A stretch of 11,431 bases of DNA from Chlorokybus atmophyticus (GCA_009103225.1 RHPI01000045.1:5085-16515); one strand, 5' to 3'; shown: positions 1-8,880, numbered from the stretch's first letter. Numbers and translations: made by a program. The notes: generated from the letters alone by a model not told the origin.

Positions 1-255
1 CCCCGGACACGCAGGAGGGAGTGCAAGAGGTAATGCTACAGCTGCCAGGGGTGGAAGCCGCACGACAACGGCGGCGCATCGCCATTGCTCATGAGCTACA
101 CGCACAGCAGACCTCCAGCGCACCCTACGCGCGCGCGCCATGACCGTGCTCGATGTGGGAGTGGTACAAGGAAGGTGGGATGCCTACATGGCAGGGATCT
201 TGCGAGTCCCCACCATCACCCACGACATGCGGCGGCAGCTACTACGCGCTGTATA

Positions 256-930
256 CCTGGGCAAGGGCACTCCAGGGCAGGCAAGGGGCAAGGCCTCGAA
301 AACCCTCGCCCAGGGCTGTTTTGGGAGCTGATGAGAATCATCCACGTCCTTCAACACCACCAGATCTCCAGACCCCTGGGGTACGTCATCGAAAATGTGC
401 ATTCAGAGGACGACAAGCGTCCGCACGTGGCCTCCAGCTACCGACAAGTTTGCTCCATTCTGGGGCACCCGCTCAAGATGAACGCTGCACGACATGGTTC
501 GCGTGCACATCGTGTACGTGCCAAGTGGACAAACTTGGCCGCCGTGGAAAAGCTCATGACCACACAATACACGCGCAGCGCTCGGCCGCGCAACCTGCTG
601 GTCAATGACATCCTTGACCCCGGCCGCAAAGCACAACCTGTCTTGCGTCATGACCACAACTACTTCTACCCGTGCAATCAGCCCGATCAGCCCCGTCGCG
701 CACTCCCCACATTGGTGTCCTACCCGGGCTCCTACGCATTTCGGAACGGTGGTGACGGGATGGTGTTTAATGCGACCACCAACATGCTGGAGGAACCAAA
801 CGCACGCGAACGAGAACGCGCCATGGGATTCTTCCCAAACAGCATCACGGGCTCATCGCTAACAGATAGTTAGCAATGCTAGCTGCTTGGCCGCGCCATG
901 GACCAGAACAGCATGGTATGGCTGATGGAG
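256..930 (+). pseudogene. C5 DNA cytosine methyltransferase domain, motifs IV-X, inside pol
   Basis: Motif IV-like P(G)QGHSRAGKG.GL (256-), motif VI YVIENV (ENV 391-399), motif VIII GSRAHRVRAKWTN (496-534), motif IX ERERAMGF (808-831), and motif X-like LLGRAMD (883-903) reached through two TAG codons. Motifs I-III are not recognisable in 1-255. Confidence 0.85.
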
Positions 931-1051
931 CTGAGCTTCGCATTGCAGGACCGCCACGTGTTCTTTGAGGATCTCGAACACTTGGCTGGGGGGTGGGCTG
1001 ATCGCGTTGCCGACACCAAGGCAGCTCACACAGCCCTCGAGGTGGTCCACA

Positions 1052-1089
1052 TGGAGGAGCAAGCAGCAGTGGAGGAGCAAGCAGCAGTG
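1052..1089 (+). repeat. In-frame 18-bp tandem duplication (EEQAAV x2) in the DNMT-RT linker
   Basis: tggaggagcaagcagcag occurs at 1052-1069 and 1070-1087, followed by tg. Confidence 0.95.
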
Positions 1090-1170
1090 ACAGCGGAGGA
1101 CATTCCCGTGGTTGCCAATGCGACCTCCTGGGACCATGCCATTGAGCCGTTGGTCACAGAAGACACTCGA

Positions 1171-1965
1171 GAGAAGCTGGAGACTCTCCTCAACAAATGG
1201 AGGAGCCAATTCAGCTTCAATCTGAAGGAATTGGGTACATGCTCAGTGTACCAAATGGACATCGAGCTGGTGGACACTGAGCCGATGTTTCAGCGGCAAT
1301 ACAGGCTCTCCAAGTTGGAAGAGGACCTGTTGGAACATAGATGTAAGGCGCTGCTTGCTGCAGGCCTTATCGAAGAGTCCACATCGGACTTCGCAGCAGC
1401 AACCGTCATGCCACTGATGAAGGATTCAGCAGGCAATTGGACAGAGCGACGCATGTGTGGCGACTATCGCCCCCTCAACAACAAGACCAAGCAAGACAGG
1501 TACCCCATGCCCACAGCAGAGGGTATCTTTGATAATGTGGGAGACTGCACAGTCTTCAGCATCCTGGACATGCGTTAAGGGTACAACCAAATCGCCATCA
1601 AGGACGAGGACAAGCACAAGACCTCCTTTTGGGGCAACCGACAGTTGTACCAATGGAAAGTAATGCCGTTCGGGCTGAAGAATGCCCCCGCCAAGTTTCA
1701 ACGCGTCATGGACAAGGCCTTGAAGGGGCTGGACTTCGCGCGGTGCTACATCGATGACATCCTCATCTTCAGCCGCAGCAACGAGGAGCATCTTCAGCAC
1801 ATCGAAGCGGTGCTGGAACGACTCAAGGGAGTGGGGATGAGCGCACACCCCGACAAGTGTACCTTCTTCACCCACAAGGTGCCGTACTTAGGGCACATGA
1901 TTGTGCCCCATGGTGTGTATGTGCAGCAGGCAAAAATAGAGGCTCTGGCAGCTATCCCTGCCCCG
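1171..1965 (+). pseudogene. Reverse transcriptase domain
   Basis: RMCGDYRPLN, YPMP, ILDMR*GYNQI (TAA 1576), YQWKVMPFGLKNAP, YIDD (1747-1758), HPDKC, YLGH. Confidence 0.97.
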
Positions 1966-2178
1966 ACAGACCTCACACGTCTGCGCGCGTTCTTGGGACT
2001 TGCCAACTACTATCGCCGATTCGTGAAGAACTTCGCGAAGATCGCAAGGCCCCTCAACGAGCTACTGAAGAAGGAGGTGGAGTTCGCATGGAAGGAGCCG
2101 CAACAGCAGGCCTTCAAGGAGCTGAAGCGCAGGCTCACCACCGCTCCCATCCTTCAACGTCCGGACTACGCCAAGCCT

Positions 2179-2538
2179 TTCATCCTTCACACCGACTGGA
2201 GCGAGCTGGGGATGGGAGCGGTGCTGGTGCAGCACGATGCGAACAAGAAGGAGCGGGTGGTGTCATACGCCAGCCGAAGCAACAATAGCGCCGAGGCCAA
2301 CTACAGCAGCTACGAGGGGGAGTGCCTCGCTGCAGTGTGGGCCATCTCCTTCTTCCGACCCTTCCTCTTTGGGCGGCAGTTTCAACTGATCACCGATCAT
2401 CAGCCCCTCAAGTGGCTGATGATCAACCAACATCTGACATGGAAACTTGCTCGATGGGCCCTGCTATTGCAGGAGTACGACTTCGAGATCGACCACCGCG
2501 CTGGCCTCACCAACCAAGACGCCGATGGCCTCAGTCGC
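2179..2538 (+). pseudogene. RNase H domain
   Basis: FILHTDWS..GMGAVL, YSSYEGECLA, LITDHQPL, RWALLLQEYDF, DADGLSR: typical Ty3/Gypsy RNase HI motifs. Confidence 0.95.
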
Positions 2539-2884
2539 AACCCTCACCTCAGCACCAACGGGCGCTCGGCATGAGCTCATGCAGCAACAACCCCCACCAT
2601 GGCAGCCATGTTTGCTGCTGCCGTGTTGCGCTCAGGGCGCAAGACCAACACCACTGCCTCAGCAGTGGCAGAGGAGATTCCTACCCTTGAGCCTACCGGC
2701 CCTGTGGCAACCACACTCTGGGAGCCGCCCACGCAGCCGACATTGAAGTCGATGACACAGAGCTGGCGCCCGCTGACATTAGGCAGGACATGGCGGGACA
2801 AGCCATCACTCTCCTTTCTTCAATCTGGCCAGCTTCCCTCCGGCATGAGTGCCCGAGAGAAGGACCGTGTCAACCAATGCACCC

Positions 2885-4020
2885 GTCTATCGATGGGCAG
2901 GTGACAAGCTGTATCGCCGCTTCCATGACGAAGACAAGGAAGTGCCGACACCAGTCACGCGCGAGGGCATCATTACTTCCCTCCACACTGAGCTTAGACA
3001 CTTCGGTGTCAAGCGTACAGTCAGCCTAGTGAGGGCACAATATTGGTGGTATGGGTTAACAAAACAGGTGCAGGGGTTCGTCAGCCACTGCCAGCCGTGT
3101 GACATGGTGCGCGCCAGCCTCAACACGCGTAGCGCCACCTTGCACCCACTCCCCATCTCCGGTCTCTTTTACCGGTGGGGGCTCGACATCTTGGGGGACT
3201 TGGCACCCTCAGCGCGTGGCAACCGCTACATCCTGGTCATGATCGAGCACTTCTCCAAATGGGTGGAGCTGGTACCATTACCCGACAAGAGCAGCAGGGG
3301 GGTGTCGCAAGCCTTCCTCTCTCACGTTCTCAGCCGATTTGGCAGCTGCGCCGAGGTCATCACTGACCAAGGTACTGAGTTCAGAGGGGAGTTCGACACC
3401 CTCTTGGACAAATGTTACATCGACCACCGTCGTACCTCGCGTGATCACCCTCAAGCCAACGGTCTCGCCGAGCGTACAGTGCAGACCATCAAGAAGGCAC
3501 TCCGCAAGTACGTGCTGGAGTACGAGAAGAACACTTGGGATGACCACCTCCCGTGGGTGGCCCTCGGATATCGATTGTCAAAGCAGGCGGCTCTGCGTGA
3601 GTACAGCCCGTACTACCTGCTGTTCGGGCGACCACCATTGCTCCCCTTCCGTGCGCAGCAGGAGGTGGATCGCATCGTGAACAACCTCGACGACCCTGAC
3701 TGGATGCACCACGACATCACCGCGCGCGCCGCGCTTTTTGAGCGCACCGTCCCCATGGCCTTCAACCACCTGCGCATCGCGACACGCTGCGCTACGAGCG
3801 CGTACGCAGCGGCTTCTACAAGGAGCGCCAACGGCGGTTCCAAGCGGGGGACTTTGCCTATCGCATGGCAGCCACCAAAGACACGCTTGACACCTCCGTG
3901 GGTCGCACCGTCTACAAGGTACTCAAAGTGTACCCCACAGGGGTGCTGGACCTCCTTGGTCAAAACGGAGAGAGGTTGAAGGACAACATGGTGAACTGTG
4001 CGCCATGTCATCTTCCTTAC
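2885..4020 (+). pseudogene. Integrase (HHCC finger, DDE core, GPY/F-like motif, C-terminal region)
   Basis: LHTELRHFG...CQPCD zinc finger; GLDILG / ITDQGTEF / NGLAERTV catalytic residues; YSPYYLLFGR. The frameshift at 3780/3781 resumes as DTLRYERVRSG in frame 1. Confidence 0.95.
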
Positions 4021-4071
4021 GTAGCCGGCTTCGGGCGTATCCAGCACCCTCGTCCCGCACGCAGCACACGC

Positions 4072-4206
4072 TGTGAACGCTGCGGCAGCGCCGGCGACGA
4101 CGCACTCATGATCCTCAGCGATGGCTGCAACAAGGGCCTGCATTGCTACTGCCTGGAGCCACCTTTGGACGCGATACCCATGGAGGAGTATTGATGCGAC
4201 GATTGC
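4072..4206 (+). pseudogene. PHD finger at the integrase C-terminus (degenerate)
   Basis: CERC-x11-(S)DGC-x4-HCYC-LEPPL-x7-Y*CDDC fits the C4HC3 PHD pattern. Cys3 is replaced by Ser (AGC), and the conserved Trp position is TGA (4192). Confidence 0.88.
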
Positions 4207-4273
4207 CGTACCAACGGCCCTCCTCACTTGCGTTAGCAGCTGAGCTCTGGAGCTGGAACCTCCCCCAGAGCCC

Positions 4274-4284
4274 AGGGGGGGTGG
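4274..4284 (+). promoter_or_regulatory. Polypurine tract (plus-strand primer)
   Basis: AGGGGGGGTGG, ~40 bp after the pol stop and 2 nt before TGTTAA. Confidence 0.75.
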
Positions 4285-4286
4285 CT

Positions 4287-5059
4287 TGTTAACTGTGTGT
4301 CCTACAGCACAGCATGTACACTAGGGAGAACACCGACTCCACCTGCCCGTACTACCCGGCAGCAGCAGACCAGCTGCACAAAGCACTTGTTACCATGAGG
4401 GTTGGGGTTATCTTTTGCTTTTGCTGCGCGTTATAAAGGTGGCGCAGTAGCATGTCTAGCAAGCATGTCTGTCCCTGCAGCTGGTCGAGTCAGCGTGACC
4501 CTCGACTCCCCTCGACCCGACAGCTGTCATGCCTATCACCAGGGCATGCCAGTCTTCATTGGGCATGCCTACAGCGAGACCCTCGCCCGGCTTACCAGCA
4601 TGGCGACCCGCGCGCGTCACTGACCAAGAGCTAGGTCATGTCTCTAAAGTAGCTCATGACCATAGCCTACATAGGCAACGCGCGTAGCTGTTCAGTTGTG
4701 AGTTCAGTTATAAGTTGGGTTCTATATCAAGTGGGGATTTCTTGTGGAAATAGCCTCGTTATAACCGTTAGCTTATGTTCTGGACAGTCATGAGTTGACT
4801 TGTATAAGTAGGCACAGTGTTCACCGGATCAGCTGGTGACATTGTGAGTGAGGAAGCTAAGAGCTTGTGAAGCGACTTGAACTACGAAACACGCCGTCCC
4901 AGTTCCCAAGAATCCCCCGACCGTGTTAGAGCCTGTGCATGTTCTTGTGCACTGTGCTTGTCCTTGCTGTGAGCTTGGTGTACTTGGTCGCGGTGTGCTT
5001 GTTGGCATCAGTCAGGGCATAGCATCCACGTGTTGCTTGCTCATTCACCTCATTTAACA
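4287..5059 (+). repeat. Probable 3' LTR, 773 bp
   Basis: Starts TGTTAA right after the PPT and ends TTAACA (perfect 6-bp terminal inverted repeat). Non-coding, with TATA-like motifs (4432, 4710, 4803) and a T/G-rich distal part. The right end is uncertain because TTTAACAG also resembles a splice acceptor and the 5' LTR is not in the window. Confidence 0.65.
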
Positions 5060-5093
5060 GTGCAATCTCTCTTCCACTCATGCAAAGAACTGT

Positions 5094-5371
5094 GTAAGCA
5101 GCGCTACCTATAATAGTGGCTTGTTGACTGTGTGTCCTACATCACAGCATGTACACTAGGGAGAACACCGACTCCACCTGCCCGTACTACCCGGCAGCAG
5201 CAGACCAACTGCACAAAGCACTTCACCATGAGGGTTGGGGTTATCTTTTACTTTTGCTGCGCGTTACAAAGGTGGCGCAGTAGCATGTCTGTCCCTGCAG
5301 CTGGCCGAGACAGCGTGACCCTCGACTCCCCTCGACCCGACAAGCTGGCTTTGGAGGTTCCTTTTTAACAG
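5094..5371 (+). other. Possible spliceosomal intron upstream of the first visible transposase exon; contains the LTR fragment
   Basis: Donor-like GTAAGC at 5094 and acceptor CTTTTTAACAG ending 5371. Splicing joins CNLSSTHAKNC (5061-5093) in frame to EQLRDDIASL. The acceptor is better supported than the donor. Confidence 0.4.
5116..5347 (+). repeat. Second, truncated copy of 4281-4526 (last 6 nt before the LTR plus ~230 bp of the LTR start)
   Basis: Manual alignment gives about 8 substitutions, a 2-nt indel, a 1-nt indel near the end, and absence of the 13-nt duplication (agcaagcatgtct) present in the first copy. Confidence 0.95.
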
Positions 5372-6319
5372 GAGCAATTACGGGATGACATCGCCAGCCT
5401 CATAGGCGACATAATGTCGAACAGCCCTGTCGCGGATGAGCTGCCGACCGACATTGCCGCTATGGATACACCATTGGCCGCGCTCGGCATGCATGTTCCT
5501 CAGCGCCTGAACGTTTGTCCCACATGCAAGTACTTGTTTGATGCACCTTATCCCACACTCAATGAAGATGACGAGGACTGGGACACGGGCGAGACCAAGC
5601 AAAAAATGATTGATCGCATCGCAACACACCGTGCGGAGGGGGATGCGGCAGGGTTTGCAAGGAATGTTGCAATTTCTTGTACAATCGTATAGGTGCCTGG
5701 CTCAGCGCCAAGTTAGCTGTCCCTTCAATTGCTCACGACTATCTGGAGGAATGGCGCCACAAAGATGAATGAATGCACGTCCCTGTGGAACAACTACCCG
5801 CTGCAAACAATGAGTACCGGCATGGTGCGAAGAAGCGGCATCACTGCAGCTTCTGGGACCCTCGCCATAAAATCAAGCTGCCTGTTTCCTGCGCAATCTG
5901 CTACCACATCCCGAACGTCGACTTGGAGCATCACAGCGCAGGAGATCACGTGACATTTGAATGCTCAGAGTGCCACAAACCCAACCATCAGATGGTTCAG
6001 CAAGCTCTTGGCGACCCTCACAACATAGCCCTGTTGATCCACGCCGACGGCTTCAGCTCAACAACCATTGTGAAGCACAGCTGCACCGTTGTCAGTGCCT
6101 CTGTACTCAATGGAGGGAAGTGCATTTCGTCACAGGAGTCTTCCGTCATGCCTTTGCGTTTTGTCTCTACTAATCAGCTCCCAAACGGTGTGGACAATCT
6201 GGAGCCCTTTCTTGAAGCACTGGTGCGTGACCTGGAGAACTTCTACTTGAACGGCTTCATTGTTCGTCATGGCCGCGACTCCAATCATGTTGACAGTCGC
6301 GTGCTTGATCGACGACCAG

Positions 6320-6565
6320 GTAATGACTGGTTAAGTCATGTCATATCATCTTTATCACCCAAAGTCTCATAGGCACTGACCAGTGTCTTATGCAGTCTGT
6401 CGCTATGACCTTAATCTCATAGGCACTGTTCAGTGGCTGCGACTTTTTATAGCATATCTGCCTTCTTGCGGTCTATGAAACTGTCATAGGCTGCATTGCC
6501 CAGTGCGGCCTATGATAGTCCTAACAGACTGGTGTTGTGAAATACTGATATTGCCTTCATCGCAG
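6320..6565 (+). other. GT-AG intron (246 nt, phase 1) in the transposase
   Basis: CCAG|GTAATG ... CTGAT ... CTTCATCGCAG|GTCAA. Splicing gives RRPG-QEITLRVVLWAWTDDQPA in frame. Confidence 0.85.
6366..6519. repeat. Cluster of CTCATAGGCACTG-NN-CAGTG repeats and a 19-bp-arm inverted repeat in the intron
   Basis: CTCATAGGCACTG at 6366 and 6416, each followed by NN-CAGTG. Inverted arms 6480-6498 and 6501-6519 have 3 mismatches. Confidence 0.9.
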
Positions 6566-7918
6566 GTCAAGAGATAACGCTGCGCGTAGTGCTGTGGGCA
6601 TGGACGGATGACCAGCCAGCGCAATGTAAGATAGGCCAGTTTAAGAATGGAGGCCTCGTCCCCTGCAGGCGTTGTCTCCTCAACGCCACTCAGCACCAAG
6701 TGCCCCGGCGTGCTGAGCAGGGTGAAGCTACGAGGACACGTACTGACCATATTTATGGTGACAATCGCTACTACTGCCGCCATCCCCCAGCAAAAAGAGC
6801 AGCAAAGGATGCGTATGACAACGCATGCATGGTGGACTCACTCGATGGCTAAAACCGAAAAGAAAAATCAACGGAGTGCGGCATTAATGGGAAATCTCCA
6901 CTCTGGCGGTTGTGGCATCTGTATGAAATTAACCCTTGCCGCAACTTGGTCTATAACACTATGCACCTGTTGCTGGAGGGGCTTTGCAAGAGTTTGGTGC
7001 ACAGTACGCTTGGTGCAGACAGTTTAAAGCATGTCCAAGACATTGTCAAGGTGGAGCGCAGGTTGCCGCAGATGCGCATATCACGCCCCACGGACTTGAA
7101 GAGCAAACGCTTCCCAAAAGGCATCAGCAAGCACCTGGCTTGGTTCAAGGCCCAAGACTTGCAGATGTTCGTGCAGTATGCTGTGCCATACTCTGTGTCC
7201 GATTTGGTAGACAAAGCAACGGAGACGTCAGCTTTGCGCTTCACTTGCTCATCCGCATCTTCTTCCACAACTCTCGCCTACATGGATGGACTGCGGAGTT
7301 GTTGGAACTTGCTGACGCTCATTTGAAATATTGGAGGGTCTACTCGGAGGACCTGTTTGGCACCAACAAAAGGCCCAACGAGCATGTGGCCGGAACCGGT
7401 CACATTCTGGAGGACATCATCTGGCACGGGAGTCATAATGTGTACTGGCGTTTTGTGCAAGAGCGCACTGTGTCCAACTATGTCAACACCTTCACCAACG
7501 GGAAGCAGTTTGAGACCAGCTACATGCGGCATACACTAAGGAGATGGTTTATGAGGACGCTCAACGTCATGCGAGAAGATCAGCGGATTGGAAGGCTGTT
7601 GTGCCATCGAGCTGATGATATAATGGCGTACTCTCAGCAGGCTTACCAGCCTTTGAGTGGAGTATGTAGTGACTGTCATTACGAAGTGCGTACTCAGAAG
7701 CACGCCATGAAGCGCTGAACCCTTGCTGAAAAATTCCCAGACTTGGAGCATGCGCGACTAATCACAGAGAAGGGCACCCTTATTGGCAGCATCAAGAAGC
7801 CTGTCACTTTTGAGGGACCCTTGGCCTTGGAAATCAAACGCATTTAGAACATCACTGGCAACTTGCCCAGAGGCATACGCATGTTCCGCGCATATCTGCG
7901 TAACGGGGTCATCTACAG

Positions 7919-8167
7919 GTGTGTAATTTCGTCTACGCCTTATCCATTGCTGCGACCCGAAGACTCATAGGCACTGTCCACTGTCTACGACTTATGCATC
8001 CATTGCTGCGACCTGAAGACTCACAGGCACTGGACGTTGTCTGCGAGCTATGCAATCCAACGCTGTGATCTAAAATCTCATTGGCACTGGACAGTGCCAG
8101 TCCGGTCTATGACACAGCCATGCACGCGTGTGTCTTGCTTGTAAAGCCTTTGTTTTGGCATTTACAG
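7919..8167 (+). other. GT-AG intron (249 nt, phase 2) in the transposase
   Basis: TACAG|GTGTGT ... TTTTGGCATTTACAG|ACGC. Splicing gives NGVIYR-RRGVDNLKMADP in frame. Confidence 0.8.
7931..8113 (+). repeat. Degenerate tandem repeat, 56-57-bp period, about 3 units, in the intron
   Basis: CTCA(T/C)(A/T)GGCACTG at 7964, 8020 and 8077. CCATTGCTGCGACCYGAAGA occurs at 7944 and 8000. Confidence 0.9.
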
Positions 8168-8880
8168 ACGCAGAGGCGTCGATAATTTAAAGATGGCGGA
8201 CCCAACTGTCGCACCATGCCGGGTGGATGAGATCTACCTGTTCAATTGGCGGAAGTCAACTATCCATGTGCAAGTGCGGCCTTATTTCAAGAAGCGTGAT
8301 GCCATGGGCAAAGACCTGATTGACAGAGACACCGGTGCACAGTGCATTGGGCGTTTGGCAGATGAGTTTACGCTCATCAGTGGAGACCAGTTGCAACGCA
8401 AACTCTGGGTGTTGCACAACCGTGATCTAGCAAATCATCAATTAGCGTACGACTATGACAGCACATAGTTGAGAGTCACCGCAGCCGACATCCCCTTGCC
8501 GGTGTGGCCAGAAAAGGGCGATGTCCTGAAGATGCGGCACAACAGCAAGTCCATTTTTAACTTCAGACTTCCGCATGAGTCCCCAGATGAAGATCCTGCT
8601 GACCCACCCCTTGGGTTGTTGTGGTCAAAGAGGTGCAGTCCGACGGTCATATGGTAGTCGACTACTTGAAGAAGGCAGGGGGGGGGAGGCTAGGCGTCTG
8701 GGTGGTTAACACAGCTGCGAGCGACCAGGTGGAGGACCCTTTCTCAGCTAAAACAAAGCTCGACTGGCCAAGGCAAAGAAGCAGCAGATGCAGCTTTGCA
8801 TGGATGGAGAGGGGTAGAAGTGATGGACGGCAAATTCAACCAACACCGCATGTATTGGAAGCCAGGACAGCAGGCAGCAA

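Larger units (their letters stand above)
256..4236 (+). pseudogene. pol: pol polyprotein pseudogene (DNMT-RT-RH-INT-PHD)
   Basis: Frame 1 is continuous from 85 to ~2875 except for stops at 871 TAG, 880 TAG, 1576 TAA and 2572 TGA. It shifts to frame 2 at ~2875-2890, back to frame 1 at 3780/3781, and has a TGA at 4192 inside the PHD. The likely natural stop is TAG 4234-4236. Track ORFs 85-873, 898-1578, 1645-2574, 2599-2904, 2849-3979 and 3865-4194 are pieces of it. Confidence 0.92.
1..5059 (+). mobile_element. Ty3/Gypsy LTR retrotransposon carrying DNMT and PHD domains; degenerate, 5' part (5' LTR, gag, protease) outside the window
   Basis: Domain order RT (YIDD) - RNase H - integrase is diagnostic of Ty3/Gypsy. 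A G-rich PPT (4274-4284) follows the coding region, then a TG...CA-bounded LTR candidate. Confidence 0.93.
5372..8880 (+). pseudogene. CACTA/EnSpm (CMC superfamily)-like transposase pseudogene; exons ~5372-6319, 6566-7918, 8168-8880 (about 1000 codons), N-terminus missing
   Basis: RLNVCPTC..F, CKEC..FLY, SFWDP, GDPHNIALLIHADGF (first D), LEPFLEALVRDLE, VLWAWTDDQPA (second D), PCRRC, (N)TMHLLLEG, FKAQDL, PNEH...H...HG....W.F..ER, RNGVIYR. Stops at 5770 TGA, 6850 TAA, 7716 TGA, 7845 TAG and 8466 TAG; frameshifts at ~5630, ~7222 and ~8608. Confidence 0.82.

Noticed and set aside
2870-2895. Programmed ribosomal frameshift between RNase H and integrase
   Set aside because: There is no slippery heptamer, it is not a known site for Gypsy recoding, and the same frame carries several other lesions.
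4207-4286. Chromodomain after the PHD finger
   Set aside because: Only ~80 nt separate the PHD from the LTR, and no chromodomain motif is present in any frame.
5114-5158. TAGTG (5114-5118) and CACTAG (5154; also 4319) as CACTA termini
   Set aside because: GTG is already part of the LTR-fragment homology, so only 2 extra bases match. CACTAG lies inside both LTR copies, and no matching TIR partner was seen.
4287-5347. Two direct repeats forming a TRIM/mini LTR element
   Set aside because: The PPT precedes the first copy, not the second. No TGG-starting PBS follows the first repeat, and the second copy includes pre-LTR bases and has no clean CA/TSD end.
4402-5368. Short ORFs 4402-4623 and 5132-5368 sharing SMSVPAAGR.SVTLDSPRPD
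   Set aside because: The shared peptide simply reflects the LTR DNA repeat. The reading frames are not conserved across the indels.
7931-8113. CRISPR-like repeat-spacer array
   Set aside because: The supposed spacers are homologous to each other, the array lies inside a spliceosomal intron, and there are no cas genes.
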